From Octopus sinensis (lineage: Eukaryota), in contig NW_021835993.1 of the NCBI RefSeq assembly GCF_006345805.1, positions 1-64,000 on the forward strand: 64,000 nucleotides of DNA. The letters are read 5' to 3'. This document shows, piece after piece, positions 50,706 to 62,954 of this stretch. The notes under the pieces are model-generated. The model ran no database searches. It worked only from the letters and a program-made list of their open reading frames with translations, and was not told the DNA's origin. The translations under genes were made by a program, and so were the position numbers. Each line of letters opens with the position of its first letter. Position 1 is the first letter of the stretch.

Positions 50706-51114
50706 ATGCCACTGTCAATATTAAAAAATGCCACAAACAATCCGATGGTATTCCTAAAGTATTAAAATTCAGCTTATTGAACTCAAAAACGGTGATACGT
50801 ACAACGGCCATTTAATCAGATGTGACAACTTTATGAATATTTATTTGAAGGAAGCTATCTGCACGTCGAGAGTACACACTGTTTATATATTTAGGGACGG
50901 AGACGAGTTTTGGAAACTCAACGAGTGTTATATTCGTGGAAATGCTATCAAATATCTCCGAATCCCCGACCAAGTACTCCATCACACACAAAGTGACGCA
51001 TCCCGCCGAAATGACCAAGGAAAGGGAAAACGGCCTCCCAAAAAAACTCAAAAGGCTAAGCCAAAACGTACTTTGCTTGATTTTTTATTTTTAGCAAAGT
51101 ACCAGAAGACCTAA
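50706..51114 (+). CDS. LSM4: LSm4, copy B
   Basis: The three coding differences seen versus copy A are synonymous. Confidence 0.95.
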
Positions 51115-52042
51115 TTTTTTGATTGATTTGTTTTTCCCATATTTGTTAAGACTATTATTTCTTATAACGAAAAATGCGCTTTTCTAGGCTTATTCGTTTA
51201 TTTCGAGTTTTTTATTAGTCCTTCTTATAGAATATACCAGATCTAATTATTAAAAATTTTGTGGGTTTTCTGTGTCCCTGAACTAGTATGTGAATAAACT
51301 GGTAGGGAAATTACTATTCTGTAATAAGAATTAAACCGAATTCTAAATTGATTTTGCTAGAAAGGATTATTCTAAATAAACAGTCAGTTAGTATTACATA
51401 TTTTGTAGGGGAGACAAAAAGGAGTAATTCACATAGACATGTCAATTTGGAATGAAATGCTTTACTTTTCAAAGATGAAAAATACACCTGGAAAACTCCT
51501 GACTGTCTTCGATAAGATCTTATTTAAAAAAAATATCGAAATTTCCAAGATTAAAAAATAAAAAAAGTGTGGATATGTTTGGATAAGTTAAATGCAGACT
51601 TCCGATATAAGTCATATTCCAGTATATTTGAACATCTTATCCTCGATGAACATGAGTAATATGTATTACTAAATTACTAGAAATTGTCATTTCACAACAA
51701 TTACTCGTTAAAATTCAAATTAGATCAATTACGCACAAAAGAAAGTTTAGCGATGTCCTATTCTAGGTGAGGTATCCTTTGAGACCAAGGAATACTGACT
51801 GCCTGAGATCTACTTTACTCCTGACGAGGGAGGTCAAAGAGACGAATGGGGATATTCCAGTAGGGGGTGGGACTGCAGTCCACTCACGTGTATTGATGAT
51901 TTAGGTGTTGAATTGATCAATACTACACATTTTGAAAAATGAGTTAATTTATGTTATTTTTGTATATATTTTGTTTATTAAAATTAATGTGTCAACCCTT
52001 TTTATAAATCCGGAAATTAAGAATAAAGGAATAATTCTACGC

Positions 52043-52570
52043 ATGCCCCCCGCCGTATTTCCATCGTTCTGATATTACTTATAGAAGAAACAGCCTGCAA
52101 AAAACGACAAATCAAAGTCCGGCAAAGGCGGAAATGTCCAGAAAGGAGCTAAAAACTTAAAGACCACTGGGAAGAAAGCCCCTCTAATGCCGGCAAAGAG
52201 CGTCAGCAAAGCCAAAAAGAAAGTAATCCAGTTGATGTCTACAGTTAGAAATGGAATAAGAAACAAGAAAAGGAAAAGCTCAACAGCCAATTCCTATTCA
52301 CGGCCGATAACTATCAAAAACTGCTCAAAGAAGTTCCCAAAATGAAAATCATCACACCAAGCATGTTGGCAGAGAAATTCAAAATCACCGTTTCTCTTGC
52401 CAACCTCGCTCTTAAAATGCTTCTCGAAAAAGGTCAGTTTGACTGCCTGAGGCTTAGGCTTGATTCAGCAGGAAATAAAACACTCGACAATAAAAGTGTA
52501 TAGCACAATCAAGAAGGAGGCAGCGTCGACGAATATTCCTTGTGGCGACACTGTTCTCCAAACGACTTAA
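52043..52570 (+). CDS. RPS25: 40S ribosomal protein eS25, copy B
   Basis: The three coding differences seen versus copy A are synonymous. Confidence 0.92.
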
Positions 52571-53929
52571 TTAATTTTACTTTCTGGTTAAATCGATGTG
52601 TTTAGTCTACTTCCTAAGTTATCAGACTGGTTAGAATTCAGATTTATTTAAGCGTTCTTGTGGTTTGTTTACATTTTATGGTTTAGGTTAGATCTATATT
52701 ATATATCATATCATTTTTGTTTATTATAAAGACGGTCTGAGTGTTGAAATAAAAAATAAGGGAGTTGTTCAATGGCATCCCAAACCAAGGACTTCCCTAA
52801 AAGGAAAGGTACTCATAAAGCAGGATGCTTTCTTTCACTCCGGCAGAGACCGACTGGGTCTAGAATGAAAGGGAAAGCTGCCTACTTTAGAGTTCTTTTG
52901 ACAACGTCGTTGAGTTGAGTCTGACGATTAATTTTACCAGCACTTTTTTTGCACGGGAATCTGTCTAGCGGGTGGATATTATATAGAGGTAACTAAAGCT
53001 TTTATTCGTTTTAAAAAATCGTTGATTACTTTTTGAATTGTTTACTTTAACATATTTTTCAAATATGGAATATTTGGGACTTATATTTATTGAAGAGCGT
53101 CAAATTTTATATTATTCAAAGTTTCAAAAATATTGTTTTTGTTTGAATAATTGAAATAATGTTTCCACGTTTTATGGGGCTTCAGGCTCCTCTAATGCTG
53201 TCCGGTACACAATAAGGTCACTGGAAAATTGTTATTGTGGAGATCCACATCGTTTGCAGACAGTGGAAGTGACGAAAAAGAGGAATTATGACCTCCTTGA
53301 ACGAGTTAGGGCTGATGCACCAAAGTCTATGTCACATTCCCTGTGTGATTACATAAAATAACTGGTCACAAAATACCACACGGGGTACTTAAGACAGTTT
53401 GGTGTAAATAACTGTATATTCAGTCAACTGTTCTTAAGAGGACTCTGGAGAGTATGTCGTTTGATACCCGTCAATCCAATTCTTTCCTGATATTTAGTTA
53501 GCAAGAGTGGTAGGACTGCATTTTTTCGGAGGTCTACAGAGTCAGAGAAGGATGAGAAGAAGGGAAGGAGGTGCGTAGAGTGCCACCGCTTGGTCACTTC
53601 GAAGAGTCAGGACTTACAATAGTAGTAGCACTTTCACAGGACCCAAGAAAGTTATGTTGAATTGAATATAGATGTCTCGCTTAGAACGTCCATCCAATCA
53701 GTGACAATCAAGAAAAGGATGTAGAACATGGGCGCTAAACACAGACATGGCACAAAAGTTGACAACCACCTAGTTTCGAATGAGACAAATAGTCGTATCG
53801 ATAGAAGAAAGAAACTGGAAATATCAGTAAACCCGTCAGAGGAGTTGACTTTCATACTACAATACAAAAAGAAGAGGTGTCTATAGGTGACCTCTCTGTT
53901 GAAGATAATTGTTTGATTTAATTACATTC

Positions 53930-54300
53930 ATGCTCTGATATTAGAATAAGAGTTTTGATGATCATTCTGAGGTCCGGACTTCAGTTACAGTTTCAAATCT
54001 TTTTCTTGGCCCAGAAAAGACAATTATTATTTCAGCGAAACAGTCAGCTGGTTTCCCCGTAGTCATTGATATTCTTCTCAATAAACTCAAGCAACTGTAT
54101 TGTCGATAGATTTTTAGCTTTATTATCTTCTGAGCAGTGTTTTTAATACTTTTTTGACTTTCACAGCACGTCTTCAGAATAGACTTTTAACCAGCCTTTT
54201 GAACATTCCTGATTGGTGGTCGGTATGACTGCTGTTTATACATTTTTCGAGTTTTCTCAAAATTGATATCATAACACATTAGAATACTAGGGAACAAACG
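53930..54300 (-). mobile_element. Possible decayed hAT transposase fragment
   Basis: The stop-riddled frame NLSTIQLLEFIEKN resembles the hAT pre-dimerisation region. Weak. Confidence 0.3.
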
Positions 54301-54862
54301 TGTATAAATCGTATTCAATCTTTTTTCGACTCATGTAAAGGAAAATAATATACTTGATATGTGCAAAGATCCTAAAAGGATTGAGGCGTTTACGTCTTAA
54401 AACAGCAACGTTTTTCACGAACTGACGATATCGAACTGACGATAGGGACCGTCTAATTTCAAAACTCAAAAACAGTCAATTTACCATCAAAGTGGCATTC
54501 GGTCTGAAGCTGAGGTGTCCGCTGAAGGACTTGCATGAGCAAAGTATTGAAACAATAGACGCTATCTTATTCAAAACTTGACTTCATAAAAAAAATAAGA
54601 AAAATCTTCAGGGGTAAAACTGCATTTGAGATCTTTGTGGTTCTCATTTTAAGTCACCTATTCAATGAATATTTTTTGTTGGGGTAATTTTTTTTCATTT
54701 CTTTTTCTCGCTATTGTCTCAATAAAACCATATTCTTCTTTGGAAAATAGAGATCTACCAAAAGAAACTTAAATATCAACGATTGGCAAAAGTTAGACTT
54801 TTGACCATGTGTTTGTAGAACGCCTTCATTGATGAATTCCTATATTTGTGATTAGACATTTT

Positions 54863-54890
54863 GTTTCCAGACGGTCACCCAGCCAAGTAC
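54863..54890 (-). other. 28-nt 5S rRNA-like (box C region) fragment
   Basis: GTACTTGGCTGGGTGACCGTCTGGAAAC versus the 5S consensus GTACTTGGATGGG(A/T)GACCGCCTGGGAA. Flanks do not match 5S. Confidence 0.4.
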
Positions 54891-55013
54891 AAGAACAACA
54901 GTTAGCAGCAACAACAACGCCTTCCCTGGTTACTCCCAAAGGACCTGAGAGACTTAACTTGTAATTTCATATTAATAGAAAATGTTAGAAATTCAGACTT
55001 TAAATAAAAACTA

Positions 55014-55712
55014 TTAATGTTTAGGAGGATCTTGAGTGAGAAAATCTGGAAGGGGAAGATTGAAGCTCTCCTTGGCCTCATAGAATGTATAACTCAGCAT
55101 AATTTCGTTCACATTTAATAAACTCGGATTTTTTACGTAATCTGGATCAATGTAGAAGAACACGGGTAAATCCACCTGTTCATGCGGGTTGAGAAATTGT
55201 TCTTCAAAACAGAAACACTGAATTTTGTTAAAATAGAATCCAGCCGACCCTGGAGTTACATTATATGTTGATATTCCACACACCGTCTTGTCTGTCGGGT
55301 TAGTCGCAGAGAAAAAGGCAAGGGCAGTCTCTCCTGGCCGAATTTTGATTGACTCTTGTTTGGGAGCAAATTTCCAGGCAATATTGGAAGCCTTGTTGGC
55401 ATTGAAGCGGACAGTGATCAGACGGTCATCTACTGGAGTCATTTGACTTATGTCCTTGGTCGATTTGGCATATCGGGGATCCCCGCCCCATCCCATTGAC
55501 TTAGTGGTTACAAATTAAGAGGGAACCCGGCACAGGAGTTGATATAATGGAACAGAGGCTAATGCTACTCCAACCATGAGAGAGACCATTGTGGATATTA
55601 GTATGACGGTTCTTCTTGCTTTGGGATTCGGTCCTGGGGGAGGTTGAGATGAGAAATAGCCCAATTTTGACCGGAAGGATGGTAAGGAACCGAATGCCAA
55701 CAAACGTAACAT
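55014..55712 (-). CDS. COX11: Cytochrome c oxidase copper chaperone COX11
   Basis: ASVPLYQLLCR|SMGWGG, ITVRFNA, PGETALAFF, YFNKIQCFCFEEQ and PVFFYIDP. One 27-nt intron at 55500-55526. Confidence 0.97.
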
Positions 55713-56629
55713 TCGTAGTTTAATTTAAACTTTTAATTCAAAAATTTTTAATTGTAGTAATAAAAAAAAGAAATGAATTGAAAACTTTTATTTTTTACTT
55801 AAAATAAAAAATAAAATTAGAAAATAAGTTTCTGTAGTTAAGTCAGACTCCACATGGGATGCCAATTAACGTCTGAGTTCAAAAAATCATTATTTTAATA
55901 AAAGATAAGACAACGTAGTAAATTGAGTTTTTTATTTTCAAATATTTCGTTACACTTCCAAAGTATGACATTATCTTGTAAAAAATAAATAAATTTCATT
56001 TAATTTTTAAAAATAATCTATTAATGACGTGGTTTAGGGACACAGATTTAGTTTTAAAAATTTTCCTCTAAAGAATGCAATTTGGAGACTAGAAATCGCA
56101 TAAATTACTCTATTAAAATATTTAATTAAATTGAATATTAAGTATTTCATGCTAATAAAATAATAAATTAATATTCACGTGTCTTTGGTTCTTTCTTTGT
56201 TGTGTTTTTTGCAGTTACAGTTCCGGATATTACATTTCGGAGATTCAGCTGCATACATTATTACTGATGCATTACTATGTTATCACACAAAATTTAATAT
56301 AAATTATGAATCCTATAAATCCAGAAATAATGGACTCTAGGTCTGTAAACAAACTAGATTTGTTATTGCTCACATCGGTCTACACAAAATTTATTAGGAG
56401 TTTAAAAAACCATGTTTATATCAGACAAGCTAACGTGATTATAAATGTAAGAAGATTCTACGTTAAATATTGAGCTTTATACTATTTAAGGCTCAAGATA
56501 AATTTGTGGTGGTAGAATCTTTACAACAAATATACTCATCAAAATATCTAAAAAAAATGAAACTTAAACCCGCTATCGGGCGATATTTAAGATTTCGAAC
56601 ATGACTCAAGATAAACGTCGTTGTTAACC

Positions 56630-57035
56630 TCAAACAAATCCATGCAACTGTACCCGACAACACTAGCAGTTTCCACTTTAAAGGTCTAGGTGATCATGGA
56701 TTAAAATATCTCACATCGATACTAAATGAATCTTTTAACAACAAAACCATCCCACGAATATAGAAAATTGGGAAAATTGTCACGAAATTAAAACCACATA
56801 AACGCCGACCCTTTATCTTACAGACCAATCACACTTCTGTGCACCTCTTCAAAAATAATGGAACGTCTAATTTTAAACAGAATATCCCATAAACTTCCAA
56901 TTAGCAAAACGCAACATGGCTTCAAACAATATCATTCGACGATAGCTCTACTCACAAATATGACACAAACAATATCAAAAGGATTAAAAAACATCCTCCC
57001 CTTCGGACAATATTAATCACTCTGGATCTAAGCTA
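56630..57035 (+). mobile_element. Jockey/I-like LINE RT fragment
   Basis: SYRPITLLCTSSKIMERLI, QHGFK, LITLDLS. Contains stops and frameshifts. Confidence 0.8.
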
Positions 57036-57542
57036 AATTCTAAGTCATAAATATGCATTTTTATAAAAGTTAATAAACTAATTTTTCATGTTAACTTTGT
57101 CAAAATTTAAAGAATTTATTTTTTTGCACACATGTTGATATCTTGTCTAAAAAACATTATGGAAAAATACAAATTACTTTTTTTAACACAAACAAAACTT
57201 CGAACGTCATGTAGGTCAAGTTACTGGAACACTTTTGCAGGAATTAGTGTTTGAAATAGTTAATCTCCTGGTTGTACGAAAACTAGAACTTCTATTCTGT
57301 AAAGAATAATTTTATTCCACAACAGAAACCTCAGTTTTATAAGCTAGTAAAGACTGGGAGGAATCAGAAAATAAGTTTCCTCAATAATTCAGTTTATGAG
57401 AAATAACTGGTGGTATTCGTACGGGTTCAATATTATTTTTCACTGTCTGTTGGTTAGGTTAGAACCGATTGATACGAATCAAAAAAAATGGAAAATGTCG
57501 AATGTTAATAAAATATATTTATCTTTAGTGAATATTTGTCTA

Positions 57543-59008
57543 CAGTGGGCGCAAAAAAATCCGGTTTCTTATTTTTCGAATTTTTCAATATAAATTTTAT
57601 ATTATTTTTTTTAATTTAGTATCATTTTGAAATGTAAATCGAGTATGTTTTTAATTTTAAGTATTTTTTTATTTTTCATAGAGATATCTTGAATTTAATT
57701 TTAAAATGCGCAAAAAAAAACTCGGTTTTTTTATTATTGAGTCTTTTATTCTCAAAAATTTGAAATTGTTGTCATTTTTGTTGTTGTTGGATGTCGTGTA
57801 TTTCAGAAATTGTGAAAGGACAAATTATTCAACTTTATTTCCTTAATTGGACATATAAACAAATTTCAGAAGAAGTAGAAATTCCCAGATCAACAGTGGG
57901 AGATTACATACGTAAATACAAAAAATATGGAACAACACAGAGACTGTCCGGTTCTGGAAGACCTAGGACATTAAATAATGATGATATAAATACTTTATTG
58001 ACGCTTGTTTCTGACAATCCGAAAAAATCTTCCCGTTGCCTGTCAAAGGATCTTCATTCTTTGACAGGAAAAATCGTCTCAAAACGAACAATTGGGAATT
58101 ATCTGAAACAAAAGGAAATATATTCACGTGTGTGTCAAAAAAAACCGTATCTGTCTAAAATTAATATCGAAAAACGATATTCCTTGTCAAAAAAATTTAT
58201 CGCACTGAATATGACGTCATGGAAATCAACTATTTTTAGTGATGAATGCTGTTTCGAAATTTTTAATCACAAAAAAAAGGAATTTTGTTATAGGAAAAAC
58301 AACACACGTCTAGAAAAATCGCACTTATCTCCAACTGTTAAATTTGGAGGGGGAAAAATAATGGTGTGGGGATGTTTCGGGTATTATGGAGTAGGCAATC
58401 TAGTATTTATAAATGGAACTATGAACTCAGCAACTTATGTGAACATATTATCAAATAATCTGTGGGAGTCCGCTGCGAAAATGTGCTTGAATGAATTCAT
58501 ATTCCAACAAGACATGGCTCCTCCACACACATCAAAGATCACGAAAGATTTCTTTGCCGAAAGAAGCGTCAAACTATTGGATTGGGCACCGCAATCGCCA
58601 GATTTAAATCCAATAGAACATCTTTGGGCATATATTAAAAGTAAATTGTACGAAAATCCTCCAAAAAATATGCATGAGCTGAAAGATAAAATTATCGAAA
58701 TTTGGGAAAATATGCCGAAAGATCTAATACAGAAACTCATAAACAGCATGCCGAGAAGGGTGTACGATGTTTTTTATGGCTAAAGGACGGCATATTAAAT
58801 ATTAATTTGACATTTTTTTAAAAAACCGGGTTTTTTTTGCGCATTGTAAATTTAAATTGGAAATATCTCTTGAAAAAATAATGAAAATAATCAAAATAAA
58901 AAAATAAGAGTTACTTTTCACTAAAATTTAAGATTAAAAAAAAATATTATATCGCACAATATAAAAAAATAGAGAAATTAGAAAACCGGATTTTTTTTGC
59001 GCCCACTG
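57543..59008 (+). mobile_element. Tc1 element with near-intact DD34E transposase (ORF 57791-58783)
   Basis: TIR CAGTGGGCGCAAAAAAA(A)TCCGGTTT with TA TSD. FSDEC, FQQDMAPPH and SPDLNPIEHLW. Removing one T from the run at ~58770 restores the ending AKGRHIKY*. Confidence 0.96.
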
Positions 59009-59913
59009 TATACTTATTGATATAAAAAACCAATTACTCTTCAGTGGTGTCGAAATTCTTATGAAAGCAGGTAGAAATCCAAGAATTCGTCGTCGACTTT
59101 TTGCATGGGATAATCAAATCAGGAAATTTTTCCACATTAAAATTCTTAAATAGAAAAAACGTCCCTTCCCTCCAATTTATATACAAATCTTTTACTGAGC
59201 TTTTACCTATGCTTGAGAACTCTGTCGAACCCTCGTCGGGATCATCGAATTATTTTAACACGAAGTTACTGTGCAAATAATAATTCAGAATTGACTATAT
59301 TCTCACTAAAGTTATAGTGCTGTTTCCTAATGAATCAAGTCAGTGCATGTCTTCACTCTTTAATCCTTTTAATAATGATTGCAAAATTTTATCGAGTAAA
59401 TTGAATGGACTAATTTTAAATCAAATAAAAAAGCGTTACAATAAGAATATACTCGCATTTTTGGAAATTATGCATCTCTTTTTGCAACTCTAACAACATC
59501 AAAATAAAAAGAATGTCTATAATCAATATTTTTCCACATTGAAATTCTTAAAGAATCTAGGTTTTTTAAGTTTTCCAATCATGAATAGACATTTTTATCT
59601 ATCTGTCAAGTCATGTTGCGCACAGCAACAAAGAAATCTAAAGTACAAGAAATAAAATAAACCGGTCGATTTTTGACAAAACATTTTAAAGGGATTAATC
59701 AGCATGAAAGTGACCTTATCGAGATGTTGATTATTTAGACATATTCTTAGACTTTGTCAAAAACACCGAACAACCGAATAATGGAAAATTATTCTTGCGA
59801 TACATTTTTTAATTTTATTGTATTAACTATAATATTTAATAAAAATATAATTAAATGTCAAACCAACAGTATGAAAAATAAATAAACTTTTAAATATTTT
59901 TAAAGATTAGAAA

Positions 59914-61449
59914 ATGAAAATTTTCTTCATCATTTTAAACATATTTTACATGGGATGTAACTACATAAATTCTCCTCAAATTTCAAGAGACGAACCTTTA
60001 ATTCTTACTGACTACTTAAATAATGGACAAGGAGAATTGGCTAAAGAATTGAGCAGAGTTGAACCTATAATAGGAAATGCTGAACTCTACGCTGGTTTTT
60101 TCAGAGTAAGCAATGAATGTGAAAGAAATACATATTTCTGGTATTTTCCAGCCGAGGTTTAATTATTTTTATGATCACAAAAGAACGGAAACATATCAGC
60201 ACCTATTCTAGTTTGGTTGCAGGGTGGACCCGGAACTTCTTCGATTTATGCTGCTTTTGTTGAAAATGGTCCATACTTTTTTAATTCAGACAACGAATGT
60301 TATTTATTTTTAATTAATTATGCAGTAAAATTAAGAGAGATTTTGTGGACAAAAGAGTTTAGCGTTATTTACATCGACAATCCTGTATATTTTAATTAGT
60401 TACTTCTAGGTCGGATCTGGATTTAGTTTTTCAGATACAGAGTGCTATCTTACAAACGAAGAACAAGTTGGTTATTATTTATCAATGTAATCTTATCAAA
60501 CTGACACGAGTTAGTTTCATGTAACAATTTTATCTGCTTTTCCAGAATTGAGGATTAACCCCCTTTACATTACTGGAGAATCTTATGCCGGAAAATATAT
60601 TTCTGCAATGGTTTCTGCAATAGATCAATATAACCGGAACAATCCAATGCCAATTAATTTAGTTGGAATGGCAATTGGAGATGGTCTTTGTGATCCGTAT
60701 AATGTATGTTAATTGAGCTATAAAAAAGATGTTTGACTATGGAACGTATCTATATAATATTGGACTTATTTTTGATAATCAAATTGGAAAATTTGACGAT
60801 TTAAATTTTTTGGCACGTCAGAACATTGAAGCTGGAAATTTTTATCGAAGCAGTGAGGTTTCTTTTATTAAATAAACAAAGTATTTTGATGAAATATTTG
60901 ACCTATTCTATGAACTAACTGGTCTTACTGACTATTATAATTATATACTCGACGTGGTTTTAGTTCAATAATTCAAAGTTTAGAAAGTTCCCTATCAAAA
61001 TTATATTAATTTTGTAAACAACAATTCTCGTCGATTTAACGCAGGAAATTTAACATTTTGTGATTACTGTGTTCTTCCCAATCCGAAATTATATGAAGAT
61101 ATCCCCAAATCAATGGCCTCCACAATACAAAACATCCTCAATGCAGGCTATAAAGTGATTTAATTATTATTATTATCAGACTCTCTTTTATTCCGGACAA
61201 GTTGACGTAATCGTCCCCTATATTGCGACCAGTGCATTTTTAAGATAACTTAATTGGATTGGAAAAGAAGAATTTTCAAATGCTCCTCAGCAAATTTGGT
61301 ACTCGACAAGCGGCTCTAGAGTGAATGGATATTATAAAACTGCTGGAAATTTAATGCAGGTAATTGTGAGAGATTCTGGACATATGGTTCCAACGGATCA
61401 ACCAGAAGCAGGAGTCGAAATGCTCAAACTTTTCATCTATGGATTCTAA
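59914..61449 (+). pseudogene. CPVL: Serine carboxypeptidase (S10, CPVL-like), 9 exons, two in-frame TAA
   Basis: Signal peptide, WLQGGPG, DNP|VGSGFSF, GESYAG, GQVDVIV and GHMVPTDQP. Eight introns of 24-28 nt. TAA at 60522-60524 and 61246-61248. Confidence 0.85.
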
Positions 61450-62359
61450 TTAATTATTTATTTCTGGTTTCTGGTTTATACTAACATATTTTGTTACTGA
61501 TTACTAAACAATTTTCTGATAATTTTTTGCATGAATTATGCGAAAAATAAAGAGCGATGAAAGTGAGGAACTAATAGCAATTGTTTTGTTTGTAATAATA
61601 TGAATTGTTCAATTTTTTTATTTTAGCTAAAAAAATTCTATTTAATAATCCATTCCCAATCAAATATAATTTCAATATTTGTTCACCAATTTGAAATCGA
61701 TCGTCCCTGGGTAAATAAACAGTTTTCTATCAGAATCTGTTATGAAATCCTCTGCAACAGACATTCCATCTTCTTTCGTATCTAGTGTGGGTTGGAAATC
61801 ATGTTTCCCGGTTTGTTCAAAAGTCACTTTGATTTCTCATCATGAAACCACTCGTTTTAAACAAAAATGGGACGAAATTATACTTTTCGGTAAAAACAGC
61901 GGTATTTCGATTTTTTTGAACCTTAGGTCAGATAATGGCATGTCCGCCAGTTGTCAACTAACTTTTGCAAATCTTTTTTCCGAGTATCCCATAAAATGAT
62001 TTCTCCAAATCACCTGCCTACTTACTCAATTCCAACGTCAAAAACTATTAAATAAATCCAGCTTATTATTAAAAAATAAGTATGATTCAAAAGTATTAAT
62101 AGCCTCAAAATGATGAAATGGACAGAATAGCTCGAATGTCATTTCAAATGGAAGGACCAACAATCCAACAAGTCTTAATCAAATGAATAAATATATCACG
62201 AGCAATCAAATAAGCACACTTCAGCAAATAAGACTCGTCAATAAAATAACAAGAGTGCAAAATGATTAAAAAAATATAAAAGAAGACACCGAACTATAAT
62301 ATTCAGACACAACAAATTATTGCAAACAGATTAGACAGCTCAGCCCCCTGTCTTTACAG

Positions 62360-62826
62360 ATACGCAACACAAGAAGAACAAATATTCCTAATTCTATAAA
62401 TATGTACAAAAACCGACGTGACATTGACCACAAACGAGTGGTTGAGGGCTCTTTTGATAGAAAATGTCTCAAGTCTCCTACGGAAGCCCGGTTTTTACTC
62501 AAGTCAACCCCTTCATGTCTGTTTCGAAAATGAATGGCATCGTAAAGAGCAACATCAACCCTGCTCCCGTCAAAGGATGTCTTGTGTTGAACGAGTCTCC
62601 TCCTTGGATCAGTCCGGGGACTGAAGGAAATGCATTAGTAGTATTCCTGAAGGGCAATACCATCATATCCGCGTTATTCACAACATCTTTAAAATAAAGT
62701 CTCATATTTTCTCAAAGATACGGTCCCGTAAATTTAAAACACATATCAGTACAACACACCTACTACTTGTTACCTACATGAGACTGTAGTTATTGCATTT
62801 CACAAAAACATGATAATTTGCATCTC
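62360..62826 (-). pseudogene. SQLE: Squalene epoxidase fragment, decayed
   Basis: GDSFNTRHPLTGAGLM (SQLE GDAYNMRHPLTGGGM), NLRDRIFEKI and HSFVVNV occur in shifting frames with stops. Confidence 0.8.
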
Positions 62827-62954
62827 GGCAGGTCTAATGCTTGAAAAATTAAAGTCCGAATTTTGTTAAACTAATTTTTCTGATGCGATAACAAATTGAA
62901 AATTAAATTAATCGTGGCCCAAATTATCTTTGATGCAAGTCTTTTATTAAAAAA

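Larger units (their letters stand above)
33698..53918. repeat. Segmental duplication, copy B
   Basis: Collinear with 7229-27770. Homology ends at the LINE ORF1/ORF2 junction (GATAATTGTTTGATTTAA). Confidence 0.97.

Noticed and set aside
61680-62050. Possible WD40 or other coding fragment
   Set aside because: Only a short GEIILWDT resemblance; all frames contain stops.
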